From assembly GCA_030704615.1 (NCBI GenBank), contig CM060731.1, positions 60,202,001 to 60,266,000 of the forward strand: 64,000 nt of DNA. Reading direction: 5' to 3'. Below are positions 46,821-60,680 of this stretch, piece after piece. The notes below the pieces were generated by a model. It had not been told where the DNA came from and ran no database searches. It worked only from the letters and a program-made list of their open reading frames with translations. The translations under genes were made by a program, and so were the position numbers. Source of the stretch: Takakia lepidozioides (lineage: Eukaryota; Plantae; Bryophyta). Each line of letters opens with the position of its first letter. Position 1 is the stretch's first letter.

Positions 46821-49800
46821 TCACACTGCCCCAGCGGTATGAAGAATGTCGTAAAGGGAGACACATATTTCCCCTGTGATGAGCAAGATGATGATCCACT
46901 CCAATGTGTCTGACTTCCTATTTTGCAGTATCTCCAAAAAGAATCGCACATTGTGCTGCCAACCCACCAAAAGTGCATCTTAAAGGTCTAGTCAAATGCA
47001 AAGAGGACCTTTTCCTTACCGTCCTAGGCATTATCTTATTCATTTCAGGAGACAGATGTATTGTGTGTCTGTTGATGTGTTCAGATTCATTGCCAGTTTC
47101 TCTCCCTTATCTGCACTCAGACAGGGAGTGCAACCCATCAAACAGTCCCGTTTCTACACAATGACTATGATATGAAGGTCTGTCAGAGCCAATCTTCTCA
47201 AGAAATGTAGATCCAGCATTTCTCTTCCTATCAAGACCCATGCAATCAAGAAGACGACTCTTCCATGATTCCGCTGGAATCGAAGGAATGGGAAGTCCAT
47301 GAACTCTCCTCTGTAAAACTGTGCAATAAGTTGCCTTCCAAAATTTGAATAAAAGGTGTTCACACAGCAATCACCAGCATTAGGTGCTTGAGGAGCATAC
47401 CCTCTGCACTCGCTCCCTTCATCTACCACTGTAACAGACTTCTAGTTGCTACCAGCCCTACATCCTTCCCTTGACTCTATCAGTATTATTCATTAATAAA
47501 CAAACGTACATGCTGAGAACTGGATTGTGCGAGTCTTCGACGTCACTAGAACAATGTCTCACTGCCACGACTAGCACAATCTGGTATTCAGCATCTATTT
47601 TTGTGTTTTAACAATTCTATGAATGGATAGCTTATAATCAAGAATACTATATTTTTCTGAACTGGTTCTTCTGAATTCAGCCAGGTGACATTCTATGGTA
47701 CGTCTGATCATGAACAAGTACAAACTTCACGAGGCGCATGTCAAATAACCTGGATAATGTTAAGCTTGAAATCAAGACTCTCAAAGCGCTCGTCGAGCTC
47801 AAAATCATCGCGCAGGTACTCCCAAATTTGGGCATAGTTTGCATCCTTCCATGCTGCATCAGACCTGTGCCCCATTCCAATCAGTACAGTTGCAGTTACA
47901 AAGTGTGCAGCATAATCCCGCAAATTAAAACTTCATACAATTGTCAGCTGTTGGACAGGGTTTGGCATTCACTCAGTACCGAAGTACCTATCATGTGGGG
48001 GAGAGAGGAGACCTCTCAAGGAGACCCAGGCGAAGGATGACATCAGCAAGAGTGGTGTTGGCAGCAGCCACCAGCTGGAACAGCTTCTTGCGTGTCATTG
48101 TAAAGGTGCCTGTCTGTTCCATTCCCCGATTCAACTCACTGAATGTATTCACCATCTCATCCACCTGCATTCTCTTCCCCCCCCCCACCCTATTTTGAGT
48201 ACCAAGCATCCACACACCACACGAAACTATGACCAGAAGGGATATTGACGAGGGGGCCTTGACTGCTACTGCGACCCAAGCATCATGAACCTTTTCAATG
48301 ATGGCTAGAATGAGAATCAATTTTGTTATATATGAGAGGTAAAAAATCAGGAGAATAGAGTGGATTGATGCCAAATAAAAAGAAGGTTTATTAAAAAAAG
48401 ACTGGGATTCATATGAAATCAGAAGACTGGTTAGTTCAACTCGTAAACCAAAAAAGATAGTCACAAACACTGTGAAGGACATGGAATGACAAACCTTCTT
48501 GGCATAATGATCAAGAGCAATGCTCTGGCCAAGGATGCTTGAAATGACACGAATGTTGTCTGTATCAAGCTTCCGCAGCATTATTTGATCACGGCCACCC
48601 TCACTCCACTCTGCCAAAGTTGGCCTCACCAGCACTCCATAATCTGCATAAACACACTCCACGCGTGTATAAAGTCTCTCCTTCTACTTGGTTCTAAGAT
48701 ACTGTTTTATTGAAGTAGCTCTATGGTTCTATTTGGTTATGCGTCCCTTGGGCCTTCCATGGACATACAAGATTATTTTTCCTTTGTTGATGTTTTTCAC
48801 TACACTGACTTGCAGTGCAGTGCACAGTGTCGTTACATCTGAGTAAGGTACGGTGTGGGAAGGACAGAAGCAGCACTGGAATCACAATTATTTCTAGTGT
48901 GACGTTACTTCAACCCTCACTCTGCACTATAAGCTGTGCACAACCATCAAAAGCAGCTCCTGAAAGTTCAGGTATCATAACTATGTGCATAGCCACAATT
49001 CCAGGGAAACCTCTCTCAGTCCATCTCCTGTGGACGTAACGAATTTCCCTCTTCTTTCCTCTCTTTGTTTGCACTTTCTCTCATCAGTATGTACTCATAA
49101 GACGTTGTTAGCCGTAGCCTTGTGGCCATTGACCCCGCGCCCAGTTTGAGCGGAACATAAAGGGACAGAACCTACCTCTGTCAGGGGCTGACGTCGGTAG
49201 TAAGACTTACCTTGACAAAGGACATTGATTCGGGTTTTCCAGATATCCTCTAGAAATCCCTTCACACAAGCATCAATCTGCTGTGTGTGGTTTGCCCAGT
49301 AACTAGGCCCAGAAGGGCCTGGGCTTTTGGCTCAGCCTCGAGACTTTCAAAGTTGGTAAACATACGTACAGGCACAATTCTCTTGATAGATTGGAGGAGA
49401 GCGTCTCTCTGGTGAGAGTACCCCGGACAGTGAATCAGAAATGAATATTGTCTTCGGGTTGCCCACACAACGGGCAATTGCACTCTCCCTTTCCTCTCTG
49501 GTTCTGTTTACTGTTCAAAGATAGGCTTCCTGCCCTGAGTTTTCCTGCACTTTCTCTCATCAGTGACTGGCAATAGGACGCGACCACCCCGCACCCTTAA
49601 GCTGGAGCAGTGTAATTTGCTTTCATTTTTCAAAAGTCGCTGGCAGGTCCACCTGTGTATTCTGCCCAACGCCCATGTGGCAAAAATAACGAGCTCGCGC
49701 ATTTAGACAGGTGGCACATTTTGACGGGTCCACAATGGCGTGATCAGGCACCTGATATTCCACCACTGGCGCATTATGGCGAATTGTTCAGGTTTTAAAC

Positions 49801-52383
49801 CCCGTAATTCCTTTGTACAAGTAGCTCGGTCATTTGCCAGGTCAAAATCTGGCTATTTTCCACCAGGAAAAAGAACCCTGAGCTGGAGGGCTAGAGTTCC
49901 AAAAGCAACCTCATCAATTGAAGTTCACAGATTGAGACATAACTCCCCTTAAACTGGAGCGTTGTCAGCTCTCTTTCCTCTCTGCTCTTCTACTTTGAGA
50001 GTATGAGTCAGGGCAGCCAAAGGCCGCATCTGCCGAATAGGTTTGTAGCGAGAGCACTACAATCAACCCCATGCTTTTAAGTATGATGTCACTGCACGTC
50101 AACACTTTAAATACAAGTAACCTGAGTGCTGGAGGGCTAGAGTTCCAAAAGCAACCTCATCAATTGAAGTTCACAGATTGAGACATAACTCCCCTTAAAC
50201 TGGAGCGTTGTCAGCTCTCTTTCCTCTCTGCTCTTCTACTTTGAGAGTATGAGTCAGGGCAGCCAAAGGCCGCATCTGCCGAATAGGTTTGTAGCGAGAG
50301 CACTACAATCAACCCCATGCTTTTAAGTATGATGTCACTGCACGTCAACACTTTAAATACAAGTAACCTGAGTGCTGTAGGCTGCATGTGAGTACCAAGG
50401 GAAATTGGCTTGACTCTCACATATCCAAGGCCTCAATCAGAAAAGTGCCCCTCAAAGAATTGATATCCTGTGGGAACTATACACATACCCAAATATTTCA
50501 CATGGAACAGTCAAAAACACATTCTGTCTGTCTGTCTGTCTCCCCCCCAAAAGTAGACATTGTATATGAAAGTGAGTAAGAAATGAGATGCATGTACCAT
50601 CTTTCCTTGTCTCTCGAAACTCGTCCGTGCAATACTGGCGTACAGCATTTAAGGCTTCCTCTTCTTCCTGATCTCCAAAGTTGAAGAAGACTATTGATCC
50701 ATACTGAAAGGCTACCATGTAGCGCTCATGCCAGCAACTTACTTCAGCAAACCCCTGTGCCATCAAGAAAGCAACTGACATGATCAGCGTCTGTACTGAT
50801 TTCCAGAGCATTCAAAATCAAGCAATCAACTGAGCTCAGTTACCACAGGTTGGAGTTTTAAGATGGGAGTTTCAGAGACGTCCCTCGCCTTTGGTTCCCA
50901 AGGCCCCCAGGCCAGAATTTTTTGGGTAGAAAATGGCAGCTTACCTTCTGAATTAGAATAACCCAAATAGTGTCAATCATTCATAGTCTTACAAGGACTA
51001 CAATGACAACCACAAAAAGAGAGTATATGTGGCCATGAGATGGGCAAAGATAAAAGCTAAGAAAATTGTACAGGCTTGTTCGAGGTGGGTGGCGCTCCAG
51101 GCAGACGGTCCACACATCTAATGATGAGATTATTGCGTGAGCTCGTGACCTCCAGGAAGGGTTCTGCTGCCAACCTCTTCAAATCCACACTGAGCCCCCC
51201 TCCAGCCATCACGGCTCATCAGCACAGCGAGGTCATTATCCATGATACAATTGCATGTGACTTGTGGTATGCAGTTTAATGTCCATTCCAAAGCATGTGG
51301 GAGCTCGAACACCTTTGAGTTCGATGATTTGACTTGTGCTAGATCTTCACAAAAGATCTTCATTTCGGGAATTAGATGATGGGTCATTAGATCAAGATAA
51401 TCTGCACGGAACCAACTCCCTCCTAAGTGAACTAAAAACCTTACTGTTCAAGTTTGCTCAAGGATGTCAGTCTTCTAAAAAATCAACGATCTTGTTATAC
51501 CTTGAAGATAGACCCAGAGCGAGAGATGGGCGCATCGGAGGGGGCCCAGGATCGACAGGAGGAATATGCAATGGAGTTAAGACGATATTAACCTTCTTGA
51601 AATGTAGAAAGCTTTGACAGGGATATACACGTCAGTCACCTCCACCTCCGGAGGGGGTCCAGCCATGGGACTGCGCTGACGGAGATCCTGCTCTCGCGGT
51701 CGGACATGCTGCTGTTGCCAACCCACCAATCCTGCATTGCCAACTAACACTTTCTGGTCCCCTTCGGCCCCATTCGTAGCAGGGTTCTTGTCTGCCATGT
51801 CCCAATCAGGTCTTAATTCCTGATCTAGCTCGCGGATGGCTGCATGTGATGCCTGATATCTACCAGTAGTCAATTTGTACCATTGTGTTTGGCTGTGAAT
51901 TAGGTTAAGGGCTGGAGAAAGGAACATGACCGAGGGTGAACACAGATTGGGTCCCGCATTGCGATCGTCAATGCGACTTAAGATGGAGCTCCTCTCTGAA
52001 GAAAAGCTTCGGCTACCAAGCGCTGCTTCCCCCTTCCCATCTCTACTCTTGTTGTGGCGATTATGGCCAGGTATGGACGAGGGAAATGGAGATAGCGGTG
52101 GCTCTACATCCGTCGCTCCTTGAATCTTGTTAGAGTTTGCGTGGCCCTGGTTGCAGGTGTTCGCCATAACCCTCCCATGTGCACAAGCAGCCGAGTATGT
52201 TAGCCATCGACTGTCCTTGAAGGGATTTTGCAGCCTGATTTTGCTCAGTGCCACAGACAACTCCCCCCAAGAAGCCGAGGTAACAATTTCAGAGTTGAGA
52301 TAAGGTTTTAGGGTAGGGAAGTGACATGATGAGAAGGCCCGCCCCAGCTGCTGCCACTGCCTCCATTGTACGCCAGTGCTCAT
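46821..52383 (-). CDS. RMND1/Rmd1/Sif2-family DUF155 protein, RETARDED ROOT GROWTH(-LIKE) homologue, probably mitochondrial; 7 exons, 538 aa
   Basis: Exons 52383-51593, 51189-51072, 50754-50598, 48643-48495, 48164-48013, 47864-47750 and 46955-46821 are all GT-AG and phase-consistent. Motifs: IPVKAFYISRSVDLK, YMVAFQYGSIVFFN, VISSILGQSIALDHY, SDAAWKDANYAQIWEYLRDDFELDERF, QNRKSDTLEWIIILLI. Confidence 0.92.
49089..49545 (-). mobile_element. 5'-truncated EN-RT LINE copy in intron 3 of the DUF155 gene
   Basis: Reverse complement of about 17830-18279; perfect 19-bp TSD TGCACTTTCTCTCATCAGT at 49070-49088 and 49546-49564. Confidence 0.95.
49882..50377. repeat. 246-bp tandem duplication in an intron
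   Basis: GCTGGAGGGCTAGAG starts at 49882 and 50128. The copies appear identical, with a GCTG microhomology at the junction. Confidence 0.95.
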
Positions 52384-52954
52384 TCTGTCTTCCTCTCCTC
52401 AGCCCTCTATCATCTAGACACAAGACTTCTACTATTACCGCTCCCCATATCAAAGACACGGATCTAGTCCGCGAGGGGAGACATGAGAGGGAAAACCATG
52501 AACCCACGAATCACATAGGCTACAGGGAAGGAAGGAGTCGAGCCCAAATAGCGAAGAGAAGCACGCACACAAGTTCCAAACAGACCCCCACACACCCACA
52601 ATCCCGACAAAGTATTTCTTTAAATGTAACTGAAGTTCGAAAAGCAGATCCTCACAAAAATCCAAAACTCATCAAAGACGAAGATCCCAGATTACTGCGA
52701 TGGATTCAAGGGCCAACACCCATCCTCAACTGCACGATCCTGCATTTGTCTCGGAATACACGCAGCAATAGTGCTGGAATCTGACAGAGATCATCCAAGT
52801 CTAGCACGCACACATTCTCCCTCTTCACCCGCTCATTCATCCCCTCTCCCCCACCACGAGAAGGATTGAAATTGTAGATGCGGGCCAAGAGTTTGAAAAG
52901 AATGCCGACATGAACCGTGAGGGGATCTGTTCCACGGGGTCATGGCGAATTAAC

Positions 52955-53182
52955 CAGAAGGTGTGAAAGCCCAACAATATCACTTTCATGGGCCTGATCG
53001 CATGTACCAACCCGGTAAACTGTGGGGCAGGGCAAGCAGCTCCATGGCGGGCGAGGCAGAGGACTGAATTAACGAAATGCCACGTAGCTGCTCCACTGTG
53101 GGCCTTGCTTGGTGCTTGCAGAATTCATGGCACTCTGGAGCTAGAAAAAATTGCTGCAGAATGTTTCCTCTCCTTCAGATAA
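52955..53182 (+). pseudogene. PPR L2/E1-domain remnant
   Basis: KPNNITFMGLIACT and LWALLGACRIHGTLELEKIAAE fragments. Confidence 0.65.
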
Positions 53183-54267
53183 CTCAAAATTGAGAGCAGA
53201 GAAGCAAGGGTGGACGTCTTCCCTGTTCCTGGGGTCCCTGGATCAAACGCACCAGACGGTTTTCTTCCCTTACAAGCCCAAGAATTGTCGGTGTGACAAG
53301 CGCTTGTGAATCACTTAGCCTCCGGAAATCACAGGAGCTGCAGATGCCTTGTGCGTTTTCGAAGTCATGATCCACCACTCAGCAATCTGTCTGTTGACTC
53401 TGCCTCTCGGAAACAAATCAAGAATTCTAATTTGAATTCTGGTTTGGTTGTACTTCAGCAGTGTTGTATCTAATCCTCCAAGGAAATTCCTAAATGTCCA
53501 GAAGTGTCTTCTTACCTGCTGGTTTCTTTACTCTTCAGCAATACGGCAACAAACACAAGTAGAAGGTTAGTATCTATGTCTTTTGGTAAGGACACCAAGG
53601 GGTTCATGGGATTATAGCTGCTGGGTAGCAAAAAAATTCTTGCAAGTAGTCTTTACGGAAAAACAGGAAGAATGAAATGTGCAGATTGCATAGTTTGGCA
53701 TTACTGCAGATGCATCATAATGTAATCCATTGACACAAGCATCACACACTCAGACACCTTTTCCCTGGACCCCCAAATCAGTAGGGTGACAACATTAAGT
53801 GCCATGGTCACCTTTCTAGGTCCACCAAAGCCCAATCCTTTACGACATCAGGAGCCCACTTCAGAATCCAACTGACAAAACCATATCATACGGCCGGCCG
53901 CTGTGTCTTCTGGGAAAACATTCTCCTCTTTCTACAAAGGACTGCAGAGCAGGTCTACTATGTAAGTGAATTTGTAAGTGCATACTGCCGCAGCAAAATA
54001 GCAGTCATCCATTGCAAGACTTGGTATAACGCTAACAAACACTTCTGCCCATCAAATGCCGTTCATCAGACAGTTCGCAAGTACAAAGTACAAACCTTCT
54101 AACCTCAGTGGGCACCACCACCCACTACACTGGATTGTGTGATGCCTCATGGCAACCAGGATTTTACTGTTTTCCCCTAAATAAACAAAAAGCATCAGCA
54201 GGGCAAAGTAAAGAAAGTTCACCTATTTTATCTTTTCCATTTCTATTGTGACATGACAGAGAGAGAA

Positions 54268-54709
54268 TGTACTCATAAGACGTTGTTTGCCGTAGCCTTG
54301 TGGCCATTGACCCCGCGCCCAGTTTGAGCGGAAACCAAAGGGACAGAACCTACCTCTGTCAGGGGCTGACATTGGTAGTAAGACTTACCTTTATACATAG
54401 AATTGACCCGGGTTTTCCAGATATCCTCTGGAAATCCTTTCACACAAGCATCAATCTGCTGTGTGTGATTTGCCCAAAAACTAGGCCTCAGAAGGGCCTG
54501 GGCTTTTGGCTCAACCTCGAGACTTTCAAAGTTGGTAGACAGAGGTACAGGCACAATTCTCTTGATAGATTGGAGGAGAGCGTCTCTCTGGTGAGAGTAC
54601 CCCGGACAGTGAATCAGAAAATGAGTATTGTCTTCGGGTTGCCCACAACGGGCAATTGCACTCTCCCTTTCGCTCTGCTTCTGTTTACTGTTCAAAGGTA
54701 GGCTTCCTG
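54268..54709 (-). mobile_element. 5'-truncated EN-RT LINE copy
   Basis: Matches the LINE 3' end; TSD CAGAGAGAGAA at 54257-54267 and 54710-54720. Confidence 0.92.
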
Positions 54710-54740
54710 CAGAGAGAGAAAGAGCAGAGAGAAAGACAGA

Positions 54741-55780
54741 TTGTACTCATAAGACGTCGTTTGCCGTAGCCTTGTGGCCATTGACCCCGCGCCCAGTTTG
54801 AGCGGAAACAAAAGGGACAGAACCTACCTCTGTCAGGGGCTGACGTTGGTAGTAAGACTTACCTTCATATAAAGAATTAATCCGGGTTTTCCAGATATCC
54901 TCTAGAAATCCCTTCACACAAGCATCAATCTGCTGTGTGTGATTTGCCCAAAAACTAGGCCTCAGGAGGGCCTGGGTTTTTGGCTCAGCCTCGAGACTTT
55001 CAAAGTTGGTAAACAGAGGTACAGGCACAATTCCCTTGATAGATTTGAAGAGAGCGTCACTTTGGTGAGAGAACCCCAGACAGTGTATCAGAAAATGAAT
55101 ACTGTCTTCAGGTTGCCCACACAACGGGCAATTGCACTCTCCCTTTCCTCTCTGCTTCTGTTTGCTGTTCAAAGGTAGGCTTCCTGCCCTGAGTTTAAAT
55201 TTCAGTCTAGTGCCGAGAGTGGGTAGACCCTTGAGGTCATCCAAGATGTCCTCCCCCATGTCACTGACTGGAAACAAGTTCAGGGAAGTTTTCTGCCTAA
55301 CTTCATTTTCATCAGACAATCTCATGGCAACAGACATGGCTTTGGACACTACAGCCTCTAAGTCAGATTTATCCAGCAGGGTCAAGACTTGCGGTTCCAG
55401 GTCCAGGTCCTTGAGAATCTCTTCTACTCTCATCTGCTAGGACGTAGCCTGTTTGACAGGGCGGTCCTGTTTCCAAGATATAGAGTCGATTAACTTAGGA
55501 TATCTGGTGTTGGACATATGTTGCAGCTGACCCCACCATCTGACCTTGAAGTCATCTCATCGGGAGCTTAAGGACGGAATGCCAAACTCACCCCAAACAG
55601 CCACATTGGCTGTTTTGGAGCATGCTGACATACACTCCTTAAGCACCCCCACTTGAATGGATTCTAGAGACTTAGCCTGGTTGGAGTTATCAACCCATAT
55701 TGCAGATCCGTACTCCAAGGCAGGTCTAATAACGCGACAAAGCATGGTCTTCTTAACCTCAGAGTTGACCCCTCTGCAGG
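54741..55780 (-). mobile_element. 5'-truncated EN-RT LINE copy (about 1 kb) with an intact C-terminal frame
   Basis: Reverse complement of about 17247-18280. ORF 54747-55433 contains CPLCGQPEDSIHFLIHC. TSD GAAAGACAGA at 54731-54740 and 55781-55790. Confidence 0.95.
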
Positions 55781-55819
55781 GAAAGACAGAGACAGAGAGA
55801 GAGAAAGAGCAGGCCCATC

Positions 55820-57030
55820 TTTGGGATGGATATATAGTTATTAAGTCAAGATTCACTAGACATAATCAAGACCATCGTCTTCAGATTGTTGTTGACCTCA
55901 ATGCAGCTGCAACCTGGCTCCCTTTGCACACCTCTGACCTTCATCATTTTTTGCACTGTTGTGGCATCATACCCCTGCCAGCTGCAGCATAGATGTTGGA
56001 GAGCAGCACTTGCAGCATCCTGTTAATCCCACTTGAGAATCCATGTTGCTGCACGTTCTGCCAACTCCACATTGCCATGAATTCTGCAGGCACCAAGCAA
56101 GGCCTTTGAAACCACAGCATCTGGTTCGGTTGATATTCTGTTAATGAGGTCCTCTGCTTCTTCCAAGTGCCCTGCTCGGCATAGAAGGTCCACCATGCAG
56201 CCAAAATGCTCCCTTGTAGGAGTGAGGCCATAATCTCGACTAAGGGAATCCCAGTAGTGTCTGCCTTCATCCACAAGGCCCACATGGCTAGATGCAGACA
56301 GGATACATACAAAAGTTATACCATTTGGCTTCAACCAGCCTTCATGTTGCATTTGTTTGAATAAACTTAGGGCTTGTTTACCAAACACATGCTGGACATA
56401 TCCTGCAATCGTGGCATTCCATGAGACCACCTCTCGTTGAGCCATATTATGAAACACCCGATTAGTATCATTTATGCCCCCGCATTTGGCATACATGTCA
56501 ACCAAGGCAGTATCCACAATGACATCTGGCAGAATTCCAGATTTCATGATCTCAGAATGGACCTGTTTTCCTTCTCCAGGACTGCCAGGCTGGCACAAGC
56601 TTTACGAAAACAAAGGTGACCTTGTTGGTTTTTGTCCCTTCCTGTATCATCCCCTCATGAGTGTTCAAAGCCTCCCTACCACACTCATGCTGGGCATATC
56701 CTGCGATCATTGCATTCCATGAGACCACATTTGGCTGAGCCATATTGTCGAACACTCGTCGCGCATCCTTCATGTTCCCACATTTGGCATACATGTGGAC
56801 CAGTACAGTGTCCAGAACGACATTTGGCACAATTCCGGCCATCATGGCATGAACTTCTATACCTTTTTCCAAGGCTGCCAGGCTGGCACAAGCATTGAGA
56901 ACCCTAGCAAATGTGAGTTGATTGGGATTCACATCTTCCCCGATCATTCCTTGTAGATTTCTGAAGCCTTACCATAACCAAGCTGAGCATATCCTGTGAT
57001 CATTGCGTTCCATGAAACCACATCCCATTA
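55820..57030 (-). pseudogene. PLS-E1-E2 (PG-box) PPR RNA-editing-factor pseudogene with no DYW domain visible
   Basis: P2/L2/S2 motifs (ITFVCILSASSHVGLVDEGRHYW...EHFGCMVDLLCRAGHLEEAEDLI), E1 ALLGACRIHGNVELAERAA, E2 VLLSNIYAAAG, PG-box RGVQREPGCSCIEVNN; frameshifts and a stop. Confidence 0.88.
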
Positions 57031-59689
57031 ATGCACAATAATGCACTCCAAAGGTGTGGACTGACTCACCAAATAGTTAAACTGACTTCCAGTAGTGCAA
57101 GAGGCACCCATATCAGTGACCTAATGCAGCTAGTCTCTGCTCCAATGCTCTGTAAGCAGACAACCTTCAAGGTAGTCCCCACTCCCCAACAGAGTCCTAC
57201 CTGCACAAATCATCTCTCCCCACAGGATTTTCTTCAAGTGATAATCTTCTGTTTCATTACAAAATTCCACAGATCCAAGGGACAGGTATTGTTGCTGGCA
57301 TGTTGTCTTCTACTGTACCTTCCCACACAACTAAGATGCCTGCATAAAATTAGAGTGATAGTTTTAACAACCAATGCTCCATCAAACATTGTTGCTGCCT
57401 GTTATCAGTAAGTATTGACAGTGATAGAAACTGAGGATAATTTTAAAAGAAGTGCAGACGTATCTGGGTGAATATACACTGTACAGGACAGTAAGGGACA
57501 TATCAAGTCACTCGCACACTCGCAGCACAGTCTGGCATAAAGATCATAGAAGATCTCTGCTCATGCATCCTGTAATTCACAATCTGTCGTTATCCCCAGC
57601 CACAATGCACTAGTTACCTCAATTCCCAGTTGCCCATACGAGCTATGGTGATTTTATGGACATCCTTCACTCTCAGACAAGCTCAAGTTCATTCAAATCC
57701 CTGGGAAAACACAGAGGAAGCCACTTCGCTAGAACTTCGTAAACGACTGAGCACATTTCAAGACCCTGTTATCCAGGAATTGAATGACGAAAATGCACTT
57801 TCCCAATGCTTTAGAAAAGGGCACCTGCATAAACCCTATATGCTCCAAAAACATAGTGTGCACCATAACCTGAGCTTTTAAGTGTCAGATGCCCACTACT
57901 ATCTAATGATAATAATCACTACATGTACTCTCAAAACACTGGCAGGTGGATCATGCAGCAATGGCCCATACCACTGCTACATACAGAGTACTTTCGCCTG
58001 GCATTCCACGTACGGGTCTAAGAGAGATGGGGAGATGGGCAGCTCACACACAACAAGTCCATGCTTATATGAGGCGGGGCGCTGGGGTCTATGGCCAGAA
58101 GGCTCAACATACATACTTCTATGAGTAGATTCTCTCACTTTCTCTCTTCCCTCTTCAGGAACATGAAGAACATTGTCCTGCACCTCTGTTCACCAACTTG
58201 AAAATCTATCCCCACATTCATTCCAGCACCCTTTTGGTGCAGATAAACTAGAACTGCTTGCCCACCTGGAGGCCCCTCCAGGTTTTCTTTAGTCGGTGGC
58301 TGCTGGGAATACTGTGAATTTCCCATCAGGCGCATGCGCTGCATTCACAAATCAGATAACCACCACATATCAGAGAGAGTGAGCTGCCTCCAAATCTCAG
58401 AAATAAATACAGCAACCTAGGGAGCAATTTATATCTCAAAGGGTGCCAATTGACAATGTCGTTGGAATAGCTGGATTGGGTTATCCATGGCTTACAAAAG
58501 CAGCCGACCATTGGTGGTTTTAACTGTTGGGGGAAGCCTCCTGGGAGTGAAAGTCTCGGAGCAGGTCACCGTGCCAGCAAAAAATGAAAGCTGTGGCTTT
58601 GCGGGAAATTTTGAGAACCACTGCTGCTTTGTACCCAGTACTTCTGAACACCCCACCCCTCACTCCACTCTCTCGAGTAGCAAACCATGGTCCCAGCTTA
58701 CTACATACCCTCCAGCTCTGCCAGCCGCTCTGGAGAAGAAAGTTGATTGCAGATGGCAGGGCAGCCCTTGTGATGAGCCGATTATGGAACAAATGCAAGA
58801 ACCCTGATTCGGTTCACATACTACAAACTGCAAAGGTGGTCATCCCTAACACTCGGCTCATCTTTCAGTTGTTTACATGTAGGGGTGTCATAACTCCAAA
58901 CCCGAGACAGGAGGGAGGTGGAGACTTCAGCAATGCGTGAGACAATCTGGCATCTTCATATGAAGGCATCTATATGAAGAGGCCCACGAATACATAAATT
59001 GCCGCAGGGTCCACGCTCCCAGCTTCTTCTACGGATGCATTGTCCTGACAAGCCAACAAGAGATGATTGATCGCTGCCGACTCTGCGAGGCTCCGTTGCA
59101 ACGTTACAACCAACACACAAAAATGACGACGATGACATGGCTGACGATGACGACGATGACGTGGCGAGGATGGCGTGGCTACGATGACGTGTTTACGCTG
59201 ACGTGGTGGCGATGATGTGGCACTATGGCACCCTATTCCTGCTCCACGCTGTACTTAGTCTGAGACCTTCAGTCGTCGCTAGAATATTTCATTTTTATTT
59301 TATTCTTCTTTTCTGTAAGGAAAAATCTTTCGTCCAAATTATAAAGTCTCCTCATCATCTGAAATCACAGGACTCCCCTGCGTAGAATTTTGTATCTCAC
59401 AAACAATTTGGAAGGTCGCACTTGGAACCGTTTGAAAGGATCTCGGTTTAGTGGGGAAGACATCCATCTTCAAGTTGAATGTTGAACAGTTTTGAGGAGC
59501 CAGCCCAGTATGTGTAACGCAGAGTATCTAAGCTGCAAATTCTCTTTGTACAATCCAAGCAACTTCTTCCTCAAATAAAAACTTCCCAATACCCTGATCA
59601 TAATGACGGCTGCTCCTTGTGAGAATTAGTCAAAATGCCTAAACAGATTGGAACCACTGACAGTCTACCAATTCTTCTGAACAGAATAT

Positions 59690-60415
59690 GTTCAGGCCAT
59701 GAAAGAGGCTCTCCCCCACTTGATCCAATCGCTCCAAGACCTTCCCTCTTGCTTAGGTGATGCAACTTGCAATGGATGAAGTCGAAAGAGCTGTCGATTC
59801 TTGGGAGAGTTCCGTCGTGCCTCTGCGGCCAGGATAAGATCATTAATGGAAGGGAAGTCATTGTCTGCGGTAGAGCAGCAAATTGGTGGACTGACGAGAT
59901 CCAGCTCAAGATCGCTAAGAGACGAGCACTTTATGAGGACTGTTGCAATCTCAGAAGAAATTATTTTGGGAAACGCTGTAAGTTACACTGACATGAACTC
60001 GAACCACCATGGTGGTAATATTTTGGTTGACCTTACAACGCTTGTACAGGCCGAAAAATGGTCAGCAAGTACAAGCTTTACGGAATTAAGGGGGCGTGGC
60101 AACGTTGACCTGTCAAGACGTTTGAAACGGAGAAACTCACTACAACATTCTTGACCGTGAATCCAAATCTATTAGCTGTAAGGGGTTTTCTGAAGGATGG
60201 AAGGATACAGTATCTAGAAAAAACTGTTCTTACATTCCAAGACAGCCCTGATGAACTAGTGATATCACAAAGGGTTACACCGCACCCATTAGTCCTTCTG
60301 AGATCACTGAAGTTATAGAACATCTTTAGAAAACCTATGAAGTCAGGTGGGCCTGATCATAGCATTGTCAACGAGCTGATCAAGCATGGTGGCGATCCTG
60401 TTGTAGAGGCCCTCT
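59690..60415 (+). mobile_element. Old degenerate internal fragment of the EN-RT LINE family
   Basis: Similar to about 15570-16340 (e.g. IVCGRAANWWTDEIQLKIAKRRALY; ATTGTCAACGAGCTGATCAAGCATGGTGGCGATCC). Confidence 0.8.
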
Positions 60416-60680
60416 GAAAGTGCCCTTCTCTTTAAAACCTTATTTGGACGCCTGAACTGATTCCCTTTCATTGGAGAGAGGGTCTTTGTAGGGAAAGGAA
60501 GGTGAAAGTCGCGGCACGACACTTCTTAACTCAGAAAAAGCAAGGGTGGCTTCAAAAAGAAAAAGTAAAACAGAAAAGGTCGAGTATATAAGGTAAGGTA
60601 AGAGAAAAAGTAAAAGGTGACGGAGAGGTCCCACGAGTATATAAAGCAGATCAGTCGGGGTGTTGTGGACGTAGACAACG

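Noticed and set aside
57600-58950. Several short ORFs on both strands
   Set aside because: No recognisable motifs or consistent exon chain.
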